Shown: in pieces, positions 40,777 to 49,365 of the stretch
How the letters are laid out: the number at the start of each line of letters is the position of its first letter
Numbering within the stretch: the stretch's first letter is position 1
Sequence record: PV467749.1
From: a phage
DNA length: 64,000 bases
Direction: 5' to 3' (one strand)
Notes under the pieces: model-generated
The model's input: the letters and a program-made list of their open reading frames with translations, nothing else
What the model was told of the DNA's origin: nothing
Database searches by the model: none
Position numbers and translations under genes: made by a program

Positions 40777-41176
40777 TTCTGATGATTCGCATTACTTCTC
40801 TGGATACGTTGTATACTTTTTTATAGTACTCAAATGTAACTGAACCAAAATCATTAACAGTACTATCCATGAAGAACGATTCTTCGGTGCAATACACACC
40901 TGTAATTGAAACATGCTCATGATGGAATTTAGCATCTTTCCAGTAACGGAATTCGAAAATAAATTGCCCGTCATGACCAACCCTACAACACTCAGCACGG
41001 TCACTGTCTACGCAGCTAATCACAATATCCCTTTCGGAGTCATACCAGATATTTCCAATATTTGTTTCAATAACTGCATAATCAATTTTTGTAGAATTGG
41101 GAATTACACCTTTTTTTACCAGTACTAGACTGGTATTATCAATATCAAGTAAACTTACCATATCAACTCCCCACAA
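40757..41176 (-). CDS. FQxS-motif paralog family protein
   Basis: C-terminal TEESFFMDSTVND. Confidence 0.55.
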   Translation of the reverse strand: MWGVDMVSLLDIDNTSLVLVKKGVIPNSTKIDYAVIETNIGNIWYDSERDIVISCVDSDRAECCRVGHDGQFIFEFRYWKDAKFHHEHVSITGVYCTEESFFMDSTVNDFGSVTFEYYKKVYNVSREVMRIIRNAEGQD

Positions 41177-41573
41177 TTACTGTGTTTTTGATTTCTAACA
41201 ATTCACTATACATCTTCTTCAATTGTACAATATCTTCATATAAAATACCACCCATATCATCAATCAAAGAACGTTGGAATAGTGATTCATCTGACTGTAT
41301 CGTGTCCAAATCAGAAATTTTCAATACTGTAACTGGGTTTAGGGTGTTTACAATAAGTTTGTTTGTGTATGGGATGTATGTGATCTTGATATTCATTTCC
41401 GAATCAAGGGCATACAACCTCAAAACAGACAAATCACCACAAAGTTGGATTTTTGGTTCATCAAACTCATCAGACCACCACATAGTACTAGTCATATAAT
41501 TGACGTGTTGGTTCAAATGTGATATATCCAAATCGAAATAATATTTTAGTTCATTGTGTAAATCTAAACTCAT
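41163..41573 (-). CDS. FQxS-motif paralog family protein
   Basis: C-terminal SDESLFQRSLIDD. Confidence 0.55.
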   Translation of the reverse strand: MSLDLHNELKYYFDLDISHLNQHVNYMTSTMWWSDEFDEPKIQLCGDLSVLRLYALDSEMNIKITYIPYTNKLIVNTLNPVTVLKISDLDTIQSDESLFQRSLIDDMGGILYEDIVQLKKMYSELLEIKNTVIVGS

Positions 41574-41628
41574 AAATTTATCCTCTATGCATCATTATCT
41601 TACAGTGTAGGATAAACCCACGATAATG

Positions 41629-42024
41629 TCAAGATGTGAATTGCTCATACCAGTGATACAGTTCTTTTAATTCTTCAGTACTGAATAGAACATCTTCAAT
41701 CGTTGTTTGTTGGAAGTGGTAATCTTCATTTAAGTACATTGAAATATTTTTATATACTTTTCGATTACATTTCCCAAGAAATGATGTTCTTTTGGATGTA
41801 TATTCAATAAATGTTAACTTATCTAATTCTACATCCAATGACAATTTCATACAGTATTCAGTATCATCTACGTACATAAGTTTATTTGAATAACAATCAA
41901 CTGTGATATATTCTTTATGTGAGAATTGGTATATACCATTAAATTTTTTACCATTTGTACTTCTGAATTTTTCAAGGTAATAAGAGAGTGGTTTAGATAT
42001 TGTACTACCAATAGTATTATTCAT
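41629..42024 (-). CDS. FQxS-motif paralog family protein
   Basis: C-terminal NEDYHFQQTTIED. Confidence 0.55.
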   Translation of the reverse strand: MNNTIGSTISKPLSYYLEKFRSTNGKKFNGIYQFSHKEYITVDCYSNKLMYVDDTEYCMKLSLDVELDKLTFIEYTSKRTSFLGKCNRKVYKNISMYLNEDYHFQQTTIEDVLFSTEELKELYHWYEQFTS

Positions 42025-42044
42025 AGAACCTCAAAATTTAGACA

Positions 42045-42069
42045 AGAAAAATGCCCCGAAGGTCGGGGC
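42045..42069 (-). terminator. rho-independent terminator
   Basis: Hairpin GCCCCGA-CCTT-CGGGGC followed by T-run on minus strand. Confidence 0.55.
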
Positions 42070-42181
42070 AGTACGAAAAAGATTTTGTACGAAAAAGGGG
42101 AATAATACAATAAAATAATAACGCATCATTATTATGTAAGGGAGGAAAGTAACATGATAATGTTAACCATTACTGGTATAA

Positions 42182-42733
42182 TTATTTATCATTTAATTCT
42201 TTTAATTGAGCTTGTATATCACCAGAAAGTTTACGGATTTTCTTGAAACAGTACACGCTATCATCAAGTTCAAGTTCTAGGCCGTGTGTGATTGCATAAA
42301 GCATTTCAGCAAGTACTAGATCCTGACGCATCCAGTTACCATTCTTATAGGTTGTCATTACACAATAAGGACAGTGGCTGTTTCCGGTTTGTTTACCCAA
42401 GAACACAGATTGGATTGTATCATGCTTGAAACCCACAAAAGATTGGTTGATCTTGTTGATTTCAGCTACTACGTCCATTTGTGCACCAGTGTTGATTGCA
42501 AACACTTGGTCACCGTTCTCGGTTTTGTTAATGTTTAGTTCAATATCACTACCAAGTTTACGAACAGCCAATGTATAAAGTAGGATTTCATACATATCAT
42601 AATTGGTTGTTTCGCCATTTGGTGCAGTTACATCGAGACTAACACCATGCATTTTAACTTCAGTACTGAATCCATCTTTATCTGCTAGAAAATCAGTGAT
42701 TTGTTCAGTTAGGATTTTAATTTGGTCAATCAT
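42182..42733 (-). CDS. hypothetical protein
   Basis: 183-aa ORF interrupting the paralog array. Confidence 0.5.
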   Translation of the reverse strand: MIDQIKILTEQITDFLADKDGFSTEVKMHGVSLDVTAPNGETTNYDMYEILLYTLAVRKLGSDIELNINKTENGDQVFAINTGAQMDVVAEINKINQSFVGFKHDTIQSVFLGKQTGNSHCPYCVMTTYKNGNWMRQDLVLAEMLYAITHGLELELDDSVYCFKKIRKLSGDIQAQLKELNDK

Positions 42734-42752
42734 TATTCATATCCTTATGTTG

Positions 42753-42780
42753 GAAAAAGCCCCCATTACGGAGGCTTTTG
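42753..42780. terminator. rho-independent terminator (bidirectional-like)
   Basis: Hairpin AGCCCCC-ATTAC-GGAGGCT flanked by A-run and T-run. Confidence 0.5.
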
Positions 42781-42789
42781 TTAATCTAA

Positions 42790-43218
42790 TTATAGGGAAG
42801 CTTCGTATTCAGCTACAATGTCAACCATCTCATTGACAAAGTTGATGTGGTCATGAGTTACGGTACGGAAATCATAAACCAGTGATTGTTGGAAGAATAC
42901 GTCTTCAGCCAGATTACCTTCAAAGTTCAGGTCGATGTTTTCTTCATCGTTGGTTGGAGCAACTTTGATATTTAGTTGATTTTCATCAACGACCAATTTC
43001 ACTACACAACCCAATGCAATCGCCAGTACATAGGCAGGTTTCTTAGCTGCTTCAGAACGGAATGGAGCACGTAGTGCACAAATGGTGCTGCTAATCTCAT
43101 CATTCAGTTCTTTATATTTAACGTTAATCATCAGTTCTTCAATTTTGACGCTCTCGATTACACGACCAGTTTCAGCAGCGAAGAAAGAGTGGTTACGGAT
43201 AGTTTGTTCGATATTCAT
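42790..43218 (-). CDS. FQxS-motif paralog family protein
   Basis: C-terminal AEDVFFQQSLVYD. Confidence 0.55.
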   Translation of the reverse strand: MNIEQTIRNHSFFAAETGRVIESVKIEELMINVKYKELNDEISSTICALRAPFRSEAAKKPAYVLAIALGCVVKLVVDENQLNIKVAPTNDEENIDLNFEGNLAEDVFFQQSLVYDFRTVTHDHINFVNEMVDIVAEYEASL

Positions 43219-43221
43219 GTG

Positions 43222-43416
43222 TTATTCCTTATATAGATTGCTAAAGTTACGAAGATTACGGTTTGCTTTAAACTGTTTTAAATCACCAAATCTATCATCA
43301 ACGATAAAAGTGGCAGACTGTTTTGATTGGCATATTGTACAAATCAACATACCCTGTATTGTATACTCGGTTGAACAATTTGTACAGTACTTTTTTTCAT
43401 AAAGTTCAGTACTCAT
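43222..43416 (-). CDS. small zinc-ribbon protein
   Basis: CTNC...CTIC Cys pairs in 64 aa. Confidence 0.4.
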   Translation of the reverse strand: MSTELYEKKYCTNCSTEYTIQGMLICTICQSKQSATFIVDDRFGDLKQFKANRNLRNFSNLYKE

Positions 43417-43748
43417 AAAACCTTCACATCACTACGTTTATCTCTTTCTTCTTTCTTTACCTCATCGGAGCGGGTATCTTCTAATTGTAACACAACTTCT
43501 TTCAGAATGTCAACATCAATCATTGCTTCTTTGTATTGAAAGTCGTTTACGCCGAAAATATACTTCAATGCAACCCATACACGTTTGTACCATTTTAAGA
43601 AAGGATTCAAACGCATACTCACCAGACATTGACCAAGTTTATCATCTCCATGTTCTTGTGTCAAGTCAAATTGTGAAATGTGAACACAATGTTCCGTATT
43701 ATCGCCACAACTACAACGCACTATAAATTCTTTGCTGTCTTTGCTCAT
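43413..43748 (-). CDS. hypothetical protein
   Basis: 111-aa ORF. Confidence 0.45.
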   Translation of the reverse strand: MSKDSKEFIVRCSCGDNTEHCVHISQFDLTQEHGDDKLGQCLVSMRLNPFLKWYKRVWVALKYIFGVNDFQYKEAMIDVDILKEVVLQLEDTRSDEVKKEERDKRSDVKVL

Positions 43749-44167
43749 ACTGGATAAGCCTTCATAAATTGTTTTAGAACTCCAAACTTAGAAGCACTGT
43801 AATCATACTGATAACTTAGCTCACGTTTATCATTCATTCGATAAACCATATGATTGTTTGGATAACCTATTCTAACAGGTTTGTTAGGATTTGCAAGCAA
43901 AATTGCCCATTCTTTTACAGGAAAAACGTTTTCAGATAACATCTTCACATCTTTACTGTAATACTTCATTGCTTGGGTACAGTGCTTGTAATCTTCAGCA
44001 CTCAGTTCTTCACACACAACACTGTGTGTTTCAGTACTGGATACCCATGACTCTTCTTCATAATATAAGTCAATTACATCTTCTACGGTATAGCTATCAG
44101 GTAAATCATAATATACCCAATTACTAAAACCAGAGCTTACACCAACTCGAATTCGATAGTACTTCAT
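43745..44167 (-). CDS. hypothetical protein
   Basis: 140-aa ORF. Confidence 0.5.
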   Translation of the reverse strand: MKYYRIRVGVSSGFSNWVYYDLPDSYTVEDVIDLYYEEESWVSSTETHSVVCEELSAEDYKHCTQAMKYYSKDVKMLSENVFPVKEWAILLANPNKPVRIGYPNNHMVYRMNDKRELSYQYDYSASKFGVLKQFMKAYPV

Positions 44168-44331
44168 ATTTTTTTATCATCCGATTTTACATAATAGTAA
44201 CATACAATGCAGTGAATTACAAGAAGAATAATTTCTACTACATTCAGTGCCACAACATGCCCTTGCGGGACCGTAAGTGACAATAACAACATTATAGTAG
44301 GTATTACGAATATTGTCAATGTTTTTTTCAT
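44164..44331 (-). CDS. small membrane protein
   Basis: Start placed at Met14 of ORF-track 44164..44370 (MKKTLTIFVIPTIMLLLSLTV...); upstream part is a degenerate tandem duplicate. Confidence 0.35.
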   Translation of the reverse strand: MKKTLTIFVIPTIMLLLSLTVPQGHVVALNVVEIILLVIHCIVCYYYVKSDDKKI

Positions 44332-44418
44332 TTTATTTCCTTGTGGGACCGTAAGTGACAATAACAACATTATAGTAGGTATTACGAATATTGTCCATGT
44401 TTTTTCATTTTATTTCCT
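44262..44418. repeat. tandem direct repeat, 2 x ~78 bp
   Basis: Two near-identical units differing at 2-3 positions; each contains RBS+ATG and a TTGACA/TGGACA-17-TATAAT motif on the minus strand. Confidence 0.7.
44291..44319 (-). promoter_or_regulatory. sigma-70 consensus promoter (TTGACA-17-TATAAT)
   Basis: Perfect -35 and -10 hexamers with 17-nt spacer on minus strand, inside repeat unit A. Confidence 0.5.
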
Positions 44419-44641
44419 TAATGTAGGCAAATGGTAAAAATACAACCTCTACCCCAGGAAATGCAGTTGCGAGTGCATCAACTATAGATTTGTTTTTATT
44501 ACATTGCCATACTTTTGTAACTTTGTGCTGGAATACCTTGCCATCTTTTACTAACCAATACATTTGCATTTTAACAGTACTGTTATCAGATGGTATTAGT
44601 AAATCTTCCATATCATATGAATTAAAGATTCTCTCGTTCAT
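44405..44641 (-). CDS. hypothetical protein
   Basis: 78-aa ORF. Confidence 0.4.
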   Translation of the reverse strand: MNERIFNSYDMEDLLIPSDNSTVKMQMYWLVKDGKVFQHKVTKVWQCNKNKSIVDALATAFPGVEVVFLPFAYIKEIK

Positions 44642-44900
44642 ATAATCTCCTAGTGAAAAAAGCCAGATTCTTTCTTATATATTCGGCGACACAATCAGTA
44701 GTTTGTGTATTTGTGAATGCAACAACTTCATTCGATACACCATTCCCATTACACAATGGACAAATCCCCATATACTTAGGTGTTGGAACTGTATCTAGTT
44801 TATATTTCCCTGAAGATATCATGTATTGTTGTGGTAATACATCCAAAGAAATAATATAATCTTCATCGAATTGCTTACAACATACCCAACATTTACTCAT
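44622..44900 (-). CDS. small zinc-binding protein
   Basis: CWVCC...CPLCNG Cys clusters. Confidence 0.45.
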   Translation of the reverse strand: MSKCWVCCKQFDEDYIISLDVLPQQYMISSGKYKLDTVPTPKYMGICPLCNGNGVSNEVVAFTNTQTTDCVAEYIRKNLAFFTRRLYERENL

Positions 44901-45384
44901 TGTGGTTCTCCTTCAAAACAATTCTTATATCTTCGAATGTTTTAACAAACCAGTCATGTTCATCAGATACATCAACCACCTTCCCACCATAAACATAGTA
45001 ATGGTAGAAGGGTAACTTACTTTTCCTCAATCGTTCAGCAAGTTCTGGGTTTTGAAATATCTTAGCACATATTGCATCCTGGATACGAGAAATGCATTCG
45101 GGTGTCATTTCAATACGGTCGTGCATATACTTGTTCGCCGCTGCTTTTGCAGCAGCACCCGACACTTTTCTAAGATCATCATGTTTCTGGCCTGTTAAAA
45201 ACCAAAAATAAAAAGTTTCTACCGATGGGAACCAACCGTATGGTTCTAAGGTAAAACTATGTGACGAAAAGTTAGATAGATCCCTACCTAACTTAGTTTT
45301 AGCTTTACTATAGATATTAATGTGTCTGTATCCGTCATCAGTAGGGTCAATATAGTTAAATGACTCTTCAGGAAATTCAAACAT
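44893..45384 (-). CDS. hypothetical protein
   Basis: 163-aa ORF. Confidence 0.5.
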   Translation of the reverse strand: MFEFPEESFNYIDPTDDGYRHINIYSKAKTKLGRDLSNFSSHSFTLEPYGWFPSVETFYFWFLTGQKHDDLRKVSGAAAKAAANKYMHDRIEMTPECISRIQDAICAKIFQNPELAERLRKSKLPFYHYYVYGGKVVDVSDEHDWFVKTFEDIRIVLKENHNE

Positions 45385-45386
45385 AA

Positions 45387-45740
45387 TTACTCTTCTTCAC
45401 CAGATGGTGTACCACGCAGTTTATCAAAATCAACCCAAATACCATGCTGGTTTTTGAAGCGACATTTCTCATAGTACCAGCTATAGTCGGTTTCAACACC
45501 CTGAGAAATTGAACGAACACTACAGTCATACATATTGTATAAATGTGTACGTACAATGAATGTTCCTATAAGAAGAACAAACACAACAATCCCAGTACAG
45601 ATCTTTGGATGATCCATAATTAGGTCCAACACAGAACTGGTTTCAGTACTATCAATTTTACTACGACCGATAGCAACAACTTTCAGTACTGCTAATGATA
45701 CCAGTAATGAAATAACAAGAACACTCAAATAAATTAGCAT
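45387..45740 (-). CDS. membrane protein
   Basis: 117 aa, two TM helices. Confidence 0.45.
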   Translation of the reverse strand: MLIYLSVLVISLLVSLAVLKVVAIGRSKIDSTETSSVLDLIMDHPKICTGIVVFVLLIGTFIVRTHLYNMYDCSVRSISQGVETDYSWYYEKCRFKNQHGIWVDFDKLRGTPSGEEE

Positions 45741-45742
45741 AT

Positions 45743-46327
45743 TTAGACTCCTACCCCAAAACGTAAAAGGATGTTATTAACAAACACAAAATCAAATGGA
45801 GACTTTGGTTCAGATACCGAGTACTGGAAAGTTTCAGTGGCAAAATTTTCCCTATTATGCCATGTTGATGAATCGATTAGTAATTGTTTATCACCAATTG
45901 ACGTTGAATGTAATGGGACGTGTGCTGATGAATTTATAGAATACGCATTTAGTTTTCCTTGTTCATCAAATGTAACACAAAGGTAATATCTCTTCTTAAC
46001 ATCAGGAGAACGCTCTTTAATATACGAATATATTGATTCATTCAAATCATCATCATTCCTTGTCTTAGCACCGAGAACTTGAGCAAAAGACAAATTACGT
46101 TTCGGTTGGATCGTTCCTGGTCTTTTTAGAATGAATTCTTTTGTTAAGTAAAAGTTATTGTGTTTTACCTCAATATTAACAGTTTTAAAGTTTGTGATTT
46201 TGTCATATACGTTCCTAAAAACTGTTATATCCCATGAACTAATTTCTTGCATCGTTACCGTAACTAGTTCTTCTAGTTCTTGGATAAATGGCAAATCGTC
46301 TTGATCAAATCTAATCACAGTTTTCAT
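45743..46327 (-). CDS. hypothetical protein
   Basis: 194-aa ORF. Confidence 0.5.
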   Translation of the reverse strand: MKTVIRFDQDDLPFIQELEELVTVTMQEISSWDITVFRNVYDKITNFKTVNIEVKHNNFYLTKEFILKRPGTIQPKRNLSFAQVLGAKTRNDDDLNESIYSYIKERSPDVKKRYYLCVTFDEQGKLNAYSINSSAHVPLHSTSIGDKQLLIDSSTWHNRENFATETFQYSVSEPKSPFDFVFVNNILLRFGVGV

Positions 46328-46898
46328 ATACCTTTTTTAAATTCATAATTTCAAGAAGACTATATTCTTTTTCACTAATCAAATCTTCAGTGAGTGCTTC
46401 TGGTTCGGTGTTACAATACAACTTCCCATTAATGATAACATAACCATTGCTAAGATACAACGCACTCATTATCTGTTGTCCTTCTTTTGCATTGACTGCT
46501 ATACCAGCATTTGTTACAACAAGCCCATTGTTTGCAAATGCTGATGTTAGTTCTGACCATTCAACTGATATTAAATCACGATAGTCTTTTGATACTTTTA
46601 TATTAACAATACAAGCAACTCTTGTAATAGATGGAGTACTAATCGTATACATCTGTGGGTGTTGGTAGTTTGAGTTATATGTTTGTGGTGTATTAACAGC
46701 AGTTCCTGAATTCGGAGTTGTTGGCATAATTACTTGATCTATATTTGGAACAGCCGTTCTTAGTGATGCAATACGCCCAGTTTCATCCAATTTCAAAACT
46801 AAACGATGAGTTTTATCCTCAGAGTGATACGGGAATAGACCACCGGAATTCATATTTTGAAGCATTTTAATTAATTCATAAGTATTTTTTAAAAACAT
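46311..46898 (-). CDS. hypothetical protein
   Basis: 195-aa ORF. Confidence 0.5.
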   Translation of the reverse strand: MFLKNTYELIKMLQNMNSGGLFPYHSEDKTHRLVLKLDETGRIASLRTAVPNIDQVIMPTTPNSGTAVNTPQTYNSNYQHPQMYTISTPSITRVACIVNIKVSKDYRDLISVEWSELTSAFANNGLVVTNAGIAVNAKEGQQIMSALYLSNGYVIINGKLYCNTEPEALTEDLISEKEYSLLEIMNLKKVYENCD

Positions 46899-46911
46899 AA
46901 TAAATCCTATA

Positions 46912-46936
46912 GAAAATGGGAGTACAATGTACTCCC
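46912..46936 (-). terminator. rho-independent terminator
   Basis: Hairpin GGGAGTAC-AAT-GTACTCCC followed by T-run on minus strand. Confidence 0.55.
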
Positions 46937-46945
46937 AGATTTAGA

Positions 46946-47500
46946 TTATAGTTTAATTACTTCTTGGATACCAGTATCCATTGCTTTCTTAGTGCGTGTA
47001 TCAGAAACTACTGTACATAAATGTTCAATATTTTCACTTGGGAATGTGTTAGTATCAAGAATTTTGGAGTTCCAGAAACCTTTACGGAACTTAGCATAAT
47101 CAGTACACTGGTCAATTTTCATTTTCTGAAGATTGTTGAACTGTGTACGTCCTGACTCGATAGTTACCATAAGTTCTTGATAAATCTTAGGATCGAGATT
47201 AGGAACCTGTTGTTGAATCTGTGACATCACAAACTTCTGGTCAACACCTTCACGACCTTTAAAGTATGTTTCGATGGTTTCTTTCAATGCATCCTTATAC
47301 TTATCAGAAACTTGTACTTTTTCTTGAATGACAAGAGTGTATTTACTTAGTTGACTTTCTGATGCATCATAGTACTTTTTAATATTACCTTCAAATTCAA
47401 CAGCACGGTCATGTGCATCTACATACATACTAACTGAACCAATTGCCATAAGACCGAATACAACAACAACACCAATCAATGCAATAATTTTACCATTCAT
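46946..47500 (-). CDS. membrane-anchored protein (possibly LemA-like)
   Basis: 184 aa, N-terminal TM helix then helical soluble domain; LemA similarity is only impressionistic. Confidence 0.45.
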   Translation of the reverse strand: MNGKIIALIGVVVVFGLMAIGSVSMYVDAHDRAVEFEGNIKKYYDASESQLSKYTLVIQEKVQVSDKYKDALKETIETYFKGREGVDQKFVMSQIQQQVPNLDPKIYQELMVTIESGRTQFNNLQKMKIDQCTDYAKFRKGFWNSKILDTNTFPSENIEHLCTVVSDTRTKKAMDTGIQEVIKL

Positions 47501-48591
47501 AACTTGTTATCCCTCATATAAAGGCCAATGAAAATAGATACAATCAGTAACAAAATAGAAGCACCGATGAGAACATCTTTACGTGGTTCCATTTTTACAG
47601 ACAAGTACTCGAACTCTTTATTAGAGAGTCTTTCAAACTTTGTGTCAATATTATGCACTTCTTTGCTCAACAAGTCAAGAGTTAATTTTTCATTTAATGC
47701 ATCCATTCGCATCTTAGCATGTAGTTCTTCGTTCTTCATGCCTTGTGCAAAGGAAGTGCTATCAAATTTAACAATCTTCCCATCATTATCAATTCCAAAG
47801 AACATAATAACATCATTCTTCTTACCACCACGCCACGAAGCGAGTGTTGCCTCAACAAAATCTACGTTTTTATAATCATAAACCAAAACTTGGATGTTGA
47901 CTTGTTTACGTGCACCCATAGTTTTTAGTTCTTCACGCAGATACTCATCATAACCATCTACATTATAATTAGTAGTGTTGATTACATGGTGTGTTTTATA
48001 ATAGTCTACCACACTTGGGTATTCTGGTAAAGTACTAAGATATTTCTCATCATACATTTCATGTAATTCACCAGGACTAAACAATGAGTTTTTATCAGCG
48101 AACAGATAGTTAATATAAGAACTTTCTGCGGCAGCATAATCCCCAATGTTAACCTGTTGCCAGCGTGGAGGGGTCATTGTACCCTGACGGTTTACTCGCT
48201 CAATCTCAAACTTCCCTACAGTACTTTTTACATACCAGTCAACTTCGTATGAATAATCAAATACCTTATAGGACTCACATTCACGATGGGATTTCCCCTT
48301 ACTATCATAACGAGTTCTGCATTTCTCGTGCCACGTGTAATGCTTACATGAGCTTGATTGTGTACAAAACTCCTTGTGATTATATTTGGATGTTACCTGC
48401 CCATTTAGAATCTCTACATCGTACAATTGGCTGTAGTTGATTGCATATGAGATACCAAGCACAAGAGCAGCACCAACTATACAACAACCAATATGAATCA
48501 ACAGTTCTTTAGTACTGATATGCTTATCATACATGTATTTCATAACAAATACAACGATAAGTGAAGGAATCAACAGAATAATAAAATTCAT
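47497..48591 (-). CDS. membrane protein
   Basis: 364 aa, N-terminal TM helices plus C-terminal TM helix. Confidence 0.5.
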   Translation of the reverse strand: MNFIILLIPSLIVVFVMKYMYDKHISTKELLIHIGCCIVGAALVLGISYAINYSQLYDVEILNGQVTSKYNHKEFCTQSSSCKHYTWHEKCRTRYDSKGKSHRECESYKVFDYSYEVDWYVKSTVGKFEIERVNRQGTMTPPRWQQVNIGDYAAAESSYINYLFADKNSLFSPGELHEMYDEKYLSTLPEYPSVVDYYKTHHVINTTNYNVDGYDEYLREELKTMGARKQVNIQVLVYDYKNVDFVEATLASWRGGKKNDVIMFFGIDNDGKIVKFDSTSFAQGMKNEELHAKMRMDALNEKLTLDLLSKEVHNIDTKFERLSNKEFEYLSVKMEPRKDVLIGASILLLIVSIFIGLYMRDNKL

Positions 48592-48594
48592 GTA

Positions 48595-49284
48595 TTAGTC
48601 CAGTTTAAGTTTATTGAGACAATAGGAGATTTGGATAGCTTCACGTGCTGCATCATACAGAGGGTGATGTAATTCCAAACCATTAATACCACATTTTTCT
48701 ACATACTTCACGAATTTAGCTAACTGCACTGACACAATCTCATCCATTTCGGTGCGAGCTTCTTCATTCAATAAACGCTTCAGGGTTCGTGCGTTTTCAG
48801 GAGCATCATATTTCCACAAATCACCAACATTCAATAGTTTTAAGTGATTAGCTTGTAAAATACTACAGTCGAAGTTGCAGCCATTTCCCCAAATTGAATG
48901 TTCAACCTCTTTACCATAACAATCAAAACGGATATCTTTCCAGAAATCGACAATACCATTAGAAGTAAAGATTTGTTTGGATTTACCATTAGGACCGTAC
49001 AATTCTGGTGCAACAAGTGCCATAGTACTGGCAACTTCAGCATATGCATTAGGATATTCCTTCTGACATGTATTCATCCAGAAATCCATTGCACCTGCAT
49101 CTGATTTCAGCCCAGCGTTGACTTGTGCTTGGTATGGTAACTTAACATATACAAATTGTCTGATATCATGTTCAGGTTTACTTGGAACAACTACTGCTGC
49201 ATAATTTGGAATAATAATATCATAACCAGAGTTTTCAGGAGTGCCGAGAGCTTCAATATCAACACTAACATGACGGCGTTTCAT
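48595..49284 (-). CDS. 3'-5' exonuclease, DEDDh family (T4 DexA-like)
   Basis: Exo I-like VSVDIEALG and Exo III-like HHPLYDAAREA; size close to T4 exonuclease A. Confidence 0.55.
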   Translation of the reverse strand: MKRRHVSVDIEALGTPENSGYDIIIPNYAAVVVPSKPEHDIRQFVYVKLPYQAQVNAGLKSDAGAMDFWMNTCQKEYPNAYAEVASTMALVAPELYGPNGKSKQIFTSNGIVDFWKDIRFDCYGKEVEHSIWGNGCNFDCSILQANHLKLLNVGDLWKYDAPENARTLKRLLNEEARTEMDEIVSVQLAKFVKYVEKCGINGLELHHPLYDAAREAIQISYCLNKLKLD

Positions 49285-49365
49285 ATTTCGTTCCTTATCT
49301 GTATATTAAAAAAGAGTGCGTTTCAATAAGAACATTATATTGAAAACGCACTCTTGTGTCAACTA

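Noticed and set aside
44164-44370. Full-length 68-aa ORF with internally repeated peptide IPTIMLLLSLTVPQG
   Set aside because: The N-terminal part is generated by the 78-bp tandem duplication; the real gene most likely starts at Met14 (44331).
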